A DNA stretch of 60,688 nucleotides, counting the filler, from Sphacelaria rigidula (Eukaryota), in NCBI GenBank assembly GCA_964200075.2. It is 9 parts of 9 records of this genome, joined end to end, with 100 filler letters (N's around TTAATTAATTAA, not from the genome) between each part and the next. Parts side by side here need not be neighbours in the genome. Positions count along the whole stretch, not along the records: positions 47,281 to 53,934 come from CAXNAA020018811.1; positions 54,035 to 60,688 come from CAXNAA020018812.1; 7 more parts are not named here. One strand, given 5' to 3'. A program made the position numbers and the translations under genes. A model generated the notes under the pieces. The model ran no database searches, was not told the DNA's origin, and saw only the letters and a list, made by a program, of their open reading frames with translations. Of this stretch, positions 52,345 through 60,688 are shown piece by piece. Positions within the stretch are counted from its first letter, which is position 1. Each line of letters starts with the position of its first letter.

Positions 52345-53525
52345 GGTATCGCACCTTTTGGGGTTCAGAACAGCGGTTTTTTAAGAAGAAGACAAAACGC
52401 ATTTTTGTATGTGAGCATGTGGATGTTGGGCGTATGTATAGAAATTGGTGCTAGACAATCCTTGATCGGTTTTGAGGCATGAGACACGCGTGTCTTTGCT
52501 AAGTTGTTGTCGTGGCGCACATGCTTTCATGCTTTGCAAATGGCATACGCTGCAAGCCACCGCTGCTGCGATATAAACAAAAATACCCCCTCCTCCTATC
52601 ACATCTTGCGCATGTCTTGATGTCCCACGCATGTCATACCGTCCCAACTAATAACCGAGTGTATTTCCCTTTCTACTGTATCTCTGCAGTTGCGCTGCAG
52701 CTGCTCCTCTACCGAAGATATCAACTTGTCACCAGCGGCTGAATACAACGCTTCAAAACAGTCAGCATGTCATCCCTCTCCAATGAACACAATCCACTGC
52801 ACGCTGCTGCTATATCTGCATAGTGTTCCACGACAACGCTATGGGTAGTGTGACGCTATATTAGCAGCACAAGAGGTGCTAGGTAGGGGGCAGAGACTAC
52901 TATCAGAGCAAAAAAGGTCATTTGACCATGTATTTCTATAGTTGGGTGGTTGTGACCTACATGGTCAAAAATAGCTACGCTGCAAGGTGCGTCATCGGTA
53001 GGTCATATGTAGAGAGATAAGTCACCAAGTTGAACAAATACATCGATATATACGACCACTCTCCTACTCTCGGGACGCTCTCCTGGCTTGAAATTGTTTC
53101 CTTTTGACCCTTATACAGCGACCCCCCCCGCAGGTGGACTGAGTTCGACTATGCCACATCTGGGGTTCAGAACAGCTCTTTTCTCGCTAGCCAAAACGCC
53201 TCTTTTTATCATTACGTGGATGCTGGGCATCTATATGGAAATAGTTCCGGAGAAACCCTGCCCGGTTTGACCGTGCAGTCAAAAGCGCACAGAGGCAGTA
53301 TGTGTGCGGTATGTCTCCGCTGGATACAACGGCAAGAATCAGTCAGCGTGCCATCGCTCTCCACTGAACACAATTCACTGCATGCTGCTGATGCCTCTGC
53401 TTAGTGTTCAAAAACAACACTACAGACAGTGTGAAGCTATGCTGGCAACACATGAGGCGTCAGACAGGCAGCACAGATCTCGAGCAGAGTACAAAACAAG
53501 TCATTTGTACCCATGTAATCTACGG
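52345..53525 (+). repeat. Diverged direct duplication (~52345-52940 vs ~53150-53525); first copy is longer by ~220 bp
   Basis: Shared blocks tggggttcagaacagc, cagtcagc.tg.catc.ctctcca.tgaacacaat.cactgca.gctgctg, gtcatttg. Confidence 0.8.
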
Positions 53526-54317
53526 TTGAATTGCCATGACCAAATCGAGAAATGCCAGTAGACAGCGAAGTAGTCCACCTGTACGGGAACTACGTGCTCA
53601 TTTTGACGGCCGTGACTGGTCAGAATGATCATTCCGAGCCTCTCGGATCTTGTTTCTAGCCTAGACTCTTCTGCGGGAAACTTCCGAATACACATGGTTA
53701 ACTTGGTGAGCTTTTCGGCTGCTCTGTGGACAGATAGACCCCCCGTTCCCCCCCCGCCCCCGCCCCCGGCCACTGGATATGCTGCATCTCGAAAGGGATG
53801 TGCTTACTCACTGGTCGAACGACTAAGGAAAGCAACAACTGAGTACTCCCCCCCCCCCCCCCCGCCCCCGCAACCCACCCCCAAGCCCCCCGACCTCGTG
53901 CTGTTGCACGCCCTCCGGGGAGGCCCCCCTGTCCNNNNNNNNNNNNNNNNNNNNNNNNNNNNNNNNNNNNNNNNNNNNTTAATTAATTAANNNNNNNNNN
54001 NNNNNNNNNNNNNNNNNNNNNNNNNNNNNNNNNNGTTGCTTTATTCTGTGGTATCGCCACCTCCAGAGACAGCCATGGCTTATACACTGCCTCATGGGTG
54101 TATCACCATCGAGACGGTGGGGGGGGGGGGGGGCTATCGTAGAAAGTGTCGCGCTAGCGGATATATTTTTTTCTCCCCGCACCGTGGGCTAGGAATCGCG
54201 TTTTGGGGAACAACAGACAACGTCTTCACACGTAATGAGAGGGGTCCGGGCCCGCTATGTTTGTTGCCACGCGCCCAGCTCGTGCTACCTCCTGGTACTG
54301 TTTGCACACCACCAGTA

Positions 54318-55736
54318 CAGTTGTATTCCTTTTCAATAATATGGAGGCGGTGTTTTAGTGGCTTAGGCGTGAAGAGTATCCGCACCTCGTGTCAGCTGAC
54401 GCCGACAGTTGGAGAATGTGTAGATTGGTACTAGAGGAAGGTGTCACAGTCACAGCTGCGGCAGGGGAAGTCGCTGATAGCCCGGTCTGCATTGATACGA
54501 TGAATGATCACTGTGCGTGGGATTGTGTTTTCTTAACACCCTGCTGTCTGATGACGGCTATAGTGGGTACAGTGACGGTTAAGCACGCTGGCTGCAACGG
54601 ATCCTGCCGGCCTCATCATCAATCTTCGCCCAGTTATGGATGAACACTCGAAGAAACCCAACAAAAAAGCATCATTCATGGTCCGCTGTATATATGAGGG
54701 TCGGGAGGTGAACGTTTCCGCTCCAAAACGGTTGAGAGTCGAAGGTTGAGCTCCTGTCGAGTGACGAGTGGGTAGCGCGACGGGCCCTTGCCGGCATACC
54801 TGGTACTGGGGGCGACATCCCGGTACAGACAGTCCCACCACTACCGGGACGGCCGTGCAAACAGACTGGCAGCCGGAGTGGACGTTGCACTGGTATCCTT
54901 CCAGCCTTATCAACTTAGCTTTTCTCCGCATAGGCTTTGCACGTGAAAATTTCGGTGATTCCCCCACTTCTACTTCGGCCCTGTGCTGTTGATTATTTCA
55001 CGATTTCACTGCCTAATATATGTGGAAATGTATTACATCCTGGACAAGAGCTTTCTACAGTCGGTATACAACTCAAAATAATGTATTGTGCACAACAGAA
55101 TAGGAGCTATTGTCTATTCCGACTTGCGTAGTTTCACTTCAAGACAGAGTGTAGAAATATCCATGGTATGGATTGTTTCAGTCGGCTTGCGCGCCATAGC
55201 GGCTGTGTTACCATGCAGCTCCGCTCAAGATACAGGCAGGTATGATAGCGGCAGGGGCGGCCTTTCACTCCTGCGTGCACCACTTAGGAGGGAAAATGCA
55301 CGCTTAGCTGCAACACCGACGGCTGTACAAGATGTGGCGGAGCGAGGGGTGATACACCACGTACACACGGATAGCAAGCAAAATCATACATTTATACAGT
55401 AAACAAGTCTGATTTGAAATCCGTGCGCGCGGGGAGGGGCTGGCACGTAGAGGATCCTGCGCAATTTTGCCGTGTACCACCGGGGCGCCCTCTCTTTTCA
55501 GGAGCAATCGTTGGCGATATGTGCTGTGATGGGTCTCGTGCGTGATTATGCTTTTTACACCTCCGCATACCGCTCGTGAAGCGAGCTCTTGATGCTGGAA
55601 GTGCCCACCTCTCTTCCCGTGATGATTTCGACTCTTGGTCTGAGACAATTGAAACTACGGAATATGACAGTAACTACTAGAAGGTACATATTCTCCCATA
55701 CAAATCCCTCCATCTTATTGAAAAGGAATAACACTG
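54318..55736. mobile_element. Non-autonomous TIR DNA transposon A (1419 bp) with 4-bp TSD AGTA
   Basis: AGTA|CAGTTGTATTCCTTTTCAATAATATGGAGG ... CCTCCATCTTATTGAAAAGGAATAACACTG|AGTA. Confidence 0.85.
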
Positions 55737-56169
55737 AGTACCTGCTCTGCAATCATCTGTGCCTCTCCGCTGCTCTCAGCGTCAACCGCAACGCTGGAGG
55801 GTAGAGAAGGCGTACAGGGGTCAGCCATTCTGTTCACTACAAGTATTCCACAAACACAACGTAGACTGCAACAAAACCTCAACTTGGCTGGTAATCCGGA
55901 TAAGACATCCGCGCGATCCTGTTGGTCAAAAAATAAATACGGCACACGAAAATATTCTAGCGCCCGGTTGTCCTGCTGTGGTTTTCTCCGTCTACAAAAT
56001 CGCCACCTTCACGGGACTGTCAGAAGTCGCAGGGGGTCGCGGGTACTGAAACGATTACATGGTGCTGTTTCTCATATGCAAAAATGGCAAATATTTTCCA
56101 AAAATCCACTGAAGCTCTCCCACTGGAAGCAGTAATAGAAGCCCTAAAACGGCTGATAAAATAAACATA

Positions 56170-57282
56170 CAGTGTTAATCCTTTTCAATAATATGGAGGC
56201 GGTGTTGTCGGAGATTAGGCGCCCCAACACAGCTCACCAGGAGTCTGATGATACTGAAACTTGACATATGTGTGGACTAAAGCCGCAGGTGGGTGTTGAC
56301 GTCGCAGTTTCGGCGACCCAAGGCGTTTTGTGCGCTGCGCGGCTTGAAAGGGTGATTATGCCGATGCTGCAGTGAGTCCGAAAACAAGAACACTTTCTGA
56401 TGACAAATCTAGAGGGTAACGATATGAAATCCGCGCGGAGGCAGGAGTAGATCTTGCCATCCTTGTTGTTTACACCGACCCCCTGTTGGTCGAGGCTGGC
56501 ACCAAGGCCGGAAATAACCACCACTTAAGGTTCTGCATATGTTAGAGGCAGATGCCCCTGAATTTTATACGCAATGCCGAGCAAGATGTGGCCACACAAC
56601 GCAGCCAAGGAGATGAGTGTCTTCTGTCAAGAACCGCTGCGGACCTGCTCGGGCAGGGGGCAACGTCTCCTCCCTCACAGTGCCAGACCTAGCGTGGGCG
56701 TTACCAAGACGGTCTGGACATGACAGGGGCAGTTGCTGTAGTTTTCTTCCATCAGAATCAATCAGATATTTTTCCTTGGTGTGCTCCCACGTGAAGACAT
56801 TTACCCTTCTCTGGCAGGCGCGTGATCGCCCTTGTGCAGAGTTTTCACTCGATTTCGGACTAGGGCAGTGTGCGGGTTGCAATCTGTTTTTTTTTCACGA
56901 ATGGATCGCGGGTATTCTAGCCCACTAGAGGCGTGGCTCGCATTGTACAGCCAGTACCACAACAGTACTCGTTGTACTGGCACTAGGAACACACAGTGTC
57001 AACTTCGCCGGGTATTACAGTGCGCGGATACATATCTTGCAATGAACGCTTCCCCCTTTCGGAGTGATATGCATTATTTCCCATTCGGCTGTCAAACGCG
57101 CGAAAGCTGGTCTGTAGCGCCAGGTATCCGTGCTGATGTGGAGATCTCTCTTCCAAGGACGTCTGCCCCTCTAGTCTCACCATATTTTAGGCCTTAGAGC
57201 ATGACCATCTCCAGTGACGCCGCGGATGATGAATCATAGTTTCAGTTCAGTGTCTGCATAATATTGAAAAGGAACAACACTG
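56170..57282. mobile_element. Non-autonomous TIR DNA transposon B (1113 bp), same TIR family, 4-bp TSD CATA
   Basis: CATA|CAGTGTTAATCCTTTTCAATAATATGGAGGC ... GTCTGCATAATATTGAAAAGGAACAACACTG|CATA. Confidence 0.85.
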
Positions 57283-57384
57283 CATATATATAGATAGATG
57301 AAAGGAAATTAGAGTGGGAAAACAAGAAAAATGCCAAAGATGTACTACAGTGTAGTACCCGGCGGGGGAAGATGTTTAATCATT

Positions 57385-57693
57385 TATCATGTATTCATTC
57401 ATTCTTCGCACATTGAACCCCTCCTCTTCAAGATGAGTCCGTCGTCTCAAGGGATCGACCCATCTCTCTCCGGTACACGCCTTGCATTTTGGACTCGCAG
57501 ATCAAGTCAGCATTCCCGCACCGCGTCAATTCACGTCGAGCAAATTCAGTCAACTACTACTTTGTTTACTCACGTTCTCACGCTTTCCACGGTGGACATC
57601 GAATGGTACGAAGAAAAAATCCATCGCATCGGGAATCGAACCCTCATTTTCTCCACCCGAACCGCGACAGTAGGACCATTACACCACCGGGGC
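57385..57693 (-). mobile_element. tRNA-derived SINE, best-preserved copy
   Basis: Minus strand starts GCCCCGG-TGGTGTAATGG (A box, 57686-57676) with GGTTCGATTCC (B box, 57642-57632); body shared with four other loci; ends in (GAAT)n. Confidence 0.82.
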
Positions 57694-57917
57694 GCATAAT
57701 CATTGGACGGGGATCTCCCCTTTCTCTGTGAAACGAGCACCTGTCTACAACATACTTGACCGACTCCATATCGAGGGTTGTAACGTTGTAAAATATGTTC
57801 CGGTCGGATGGCGGAGCAGTGCACAAAAAAGGACCAGGATATGCTAAAGGTATACTATTTCCCCGCCGCGCTCCCCCAATCTCGAACGGAACTATCAGTC
57901 GACGACCTTGTTCCAAA

Positions 57918-57975
57918 GGGTTAACCTAACCCTAACCCTAACCCTCGTGCCCGGAGGGTTCACGCCCTTGGCAAC
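57918..57975. repeat. Interstitial (CCCTAA)n next to a short hairpin; related motif with (TTAGGG)n at ~5325-5380
   Basis: aacctaaccctaaccctaaccctcgtgcccggagggttcacgcccttgg vs ccctccttgcccgagggtctcgtacgccttgggtcgcggttagggttagggtta. Confidence 0.6.
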
Positions 57976-60688
57976 TAACGATGAAGTTGCTCCGTGATTT
58001 TCGCTTGATCATATTTTATAGTACTACAGTAAGCAACCATCAGTCGAACAGCATACTACTGCTGTATATATACAAGTCAGTCTGTGAACCGAGTGTGGAG
58101 GGAGTAACAAGTGGACCTATGCCGTAAAGACGCCAATATATGTCACGCGTGTGGACGGCTCATCTAACCCGAGACCGTGGGTGGGTGTAGGTTAGAGGTT
58201 CTCACTCGGTGTATGGGTACGGCGCGTGTAGGGACACGGCGTGGACTTGGACAGGGTAAGCTTTGCAGGGCAAAGCTCGGGGCAAGGATAGGGCTGAGAG
58301 ACTGTGGATGCGTGTCGAGGCAGGCTGAGTAGGGAGTATGGTCATAGCCCGGGCGGGGAGATTAGAGGATAATACTCTCGGTTGCCAGGCCCGGGGTGAC
58401 GGTCCGGGTTGACATGCCCGTGGTTATTAGTAAGCGGTGCTGTGTCATACAGAGGTGATAATCACATATTTTGGACAACCCATATTCCGCCATATTAGTC
58501 TTGATACCGGTGCGCTGCACCCAGTACAGGATACAGGAGCGCATAATGTTGCACGTGACTGGTTGGTCTCCGGGCAACTTGGTTTTTTTCATTTTCGCGA
58601 AAGAGAATTTGAGTTATTGCGGACAATTTTCCAGGTTGAAGAAGCGTTAGCGGATCTCATCATGAGAGCATCATCTTTCTTCCGGCTAAATATTGAAGGT
58701 TGAAGATCTCCGCTCAAAGAAGAATTGAGCGGGTGTAATCCGAAGTAAGATAGCCACTTAAGCATGTACAGTACTTCGTACAAGAGGTGCAGGTTGTGCT
58801 TCAAAGTTCTTTGTACTATTCTTATGATGGAGAGAGCAGCAGTGCTGAATCTTTGTCTCTGCCGCAAGCTTCCACCCTGTACGGGGGCTACACGTACCAA
58901 TCGCCATATGAATCAGCAGCAGCTTCTACCCTCACACTCACCGGCTGGCCCTTAGCGTTCATCGTAGATGATACATATCCGCGCACACTGGGACCTGCCG
59001 TATTCATCATGAAACACACCCTGCTCCGTGTCGTATCCTTCGTCAATACCTGCCGCCGGAGACCGGTGCAAGATACCGGAGACCAGCGTCGTACGGCAGG
59101 GAAAACAGATACACTGGTAGCACTAACGCCGCTGCGCACTATGGATACACTTCTGACGTACATGAATCCGGAATTCCCCACCATATGCTGGCTCGGGAAG
59201 TGTACACAAGCACAACAAGCGCAGATGAACGGGGAAGCAAGGACTATGATTCGCGTTCGGCGTAAAAGAGCAGAGGCCGAGAGGGACACTCGCCCAGGAG
59301 AATATGTCAGACCCGCGATGGATGCTGCAGAGCGAGTCGCCCATCAAGTTGCCTTCCTGCCATGTATCATGGTATGTTGTGCGGGCTCGACTTGGTTAGT
59401 GCTTACCAGCATGTTGACCACTTCTTTCACTGTGCTTCATCTCGTACATATTATATAAGCAGTATAGTCAGACTGTTGTTTTTACAGACGAAGTTACTGC
59501 ACTTTCTGTTTAGACCACTTTCAGATCTTCGAGCGAGCAATTCACAACATACATTTTCGGTGCTTTGCTTGGTATGATGTAAAGCACCCTGGGTAGCAAA
59601 TGTTCCACGCTCTCGGTCTATAAATAAAGTATTCTCCGCTTGTAGCCGCGCCACCGAAACTTTCAAATGATATTTTTAAAACGGAAATCTCTTGGAAGCT
59701 GACATGGTACAGGATAGAGCACGAATCTTGGGTTTGGAGAGTATCAAAGTTGAAAACGGGAGTCCCTTGGGGGCTGTTATACACCGTGCCCGATTGCACT
59801 GCACGACAAGTTGTCATAGTGTACTACTGAACACAACATCGGCAGCAGCGGACCGAAATGGACGCCGAAGGTCACAAGCACCCGGCTACCTCTGCTGCTA
59901 CTGGGGTTTACGAAACATTGGACTGGGGATGGAGCCGGTTGAAGAGATGGAGTAGACCGGTAGCTGCTGCAGATGACATTGTCGCCGGCCAAAACTTTGG
60001 TACGTGCTTCGAGACGTAGCCCGCAGTCAACAGGGCTCTAGTAAAACTGTATTGTAGACAGGACTGTACTGTACAGCATCCTGTAACCCTCCTGTGCTCT
60101 CACGCACTGAACTGCCCTGCACTGTTGTTGCACTGTTTGTATTATGCGTTACTTGAGAAGTATTTGGTACAGAAAAATCAACGCTAATGAGAAGGGTGTG
60201 GTACGGTACTCTGCAACCTTAGTTCTCAGAGCACTAGCAAGCTTTGAACCTTTGGTGACATGTCTTCTAACTCGAACTTCGGAAACTATTCTGAAATGAG
60301 CCCGGATGATGAAGTGTGACCAGGACTCAAATGGGATCGTCGTAGACTGTAACGGCTTTGGCTGGGGGCAAAATCGAGGGTCGTAAGCAGCCGTATTGTC
60401 CTTCGGAAGGAAGCAGGAATTGATGCGTAGTATACCACGTTCACAGCAGCATGGCCAACAGCTACCCGTATTGGACTACCCTCTATCTGAAGCTACATGC
60501 ACATGTTCAATTTTCCGAGGTTGTGTTCTGTAAGGTACGGTTTGATGAATACTCGGGGTATTTTTTTCCCGAGTATTCACTCAGCTGGAAACCTCGAGAC
60601 CTTCTGATGGTTGAGTAGGGGGGTTCAATTGCTGGAGCGATCTGGGATTTTTTCTTACACCCATGCCCAACAGTGGAGAGCGACTATG

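Noticed and set aside
57620..57693. Functional tRNA gene
   Set aside because: A and B boxes are present but there is no closed acceptor stem or clear anticodon arm, and the sequence continues into a repeated body; treated as a SINE head
58437..59458. 223-aa and 88-aa plus-strand ORFs as a gene or hAT remnant
   Set aside because: No recognisable domain or consistent splice structure

Overview
Eukaryotic, intron-rich, repeat-rich DNA, most likely from a stramenopile alga. A brown-algal (Phaeophyceae) origin is inferred from the short GT-AG exons in kb-sized introns, the abundant CpG and the TTAGGG-type repeats; it is not proven. The window is not one locus. It consists of nine unrelated contigs of 6654-6655 bp joined by identical artificial 100-nt linkers (44 N + TTAATTAATTAA + 44 N), so nothing can be inferred from neighbourhood across linkers. 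Recognisable genes: three internal exons of the RNA polymerase III largest subunit (contig 1), five exons of NADPH-dependent diflavin oxidoreductase NDOR1/Tah18 (contig 4), and a 13-motif P-class PPR protein in one long exon (contig 8). There are also two uncharacterised acidic multi-exon gene fragments and a disabled Ty1/copia element with a probable 3' LTR (contig 5). The rest is non-autonomous mobile DNA: a tRNA-headed SINE family, a related (TCAA)n-tailed retroposon 3' end, several foldback MITE families (8-bp, TA and TTAA-type target duplications), two neighbouring TIR elements with unusual 4-bp NNTA duplications, a 1.5-kb inverted repeat and a palindromic 41-bp tandem array. I found no convincing new multi-gene system. 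The best leads are the unclassified transposon and retroposon families.
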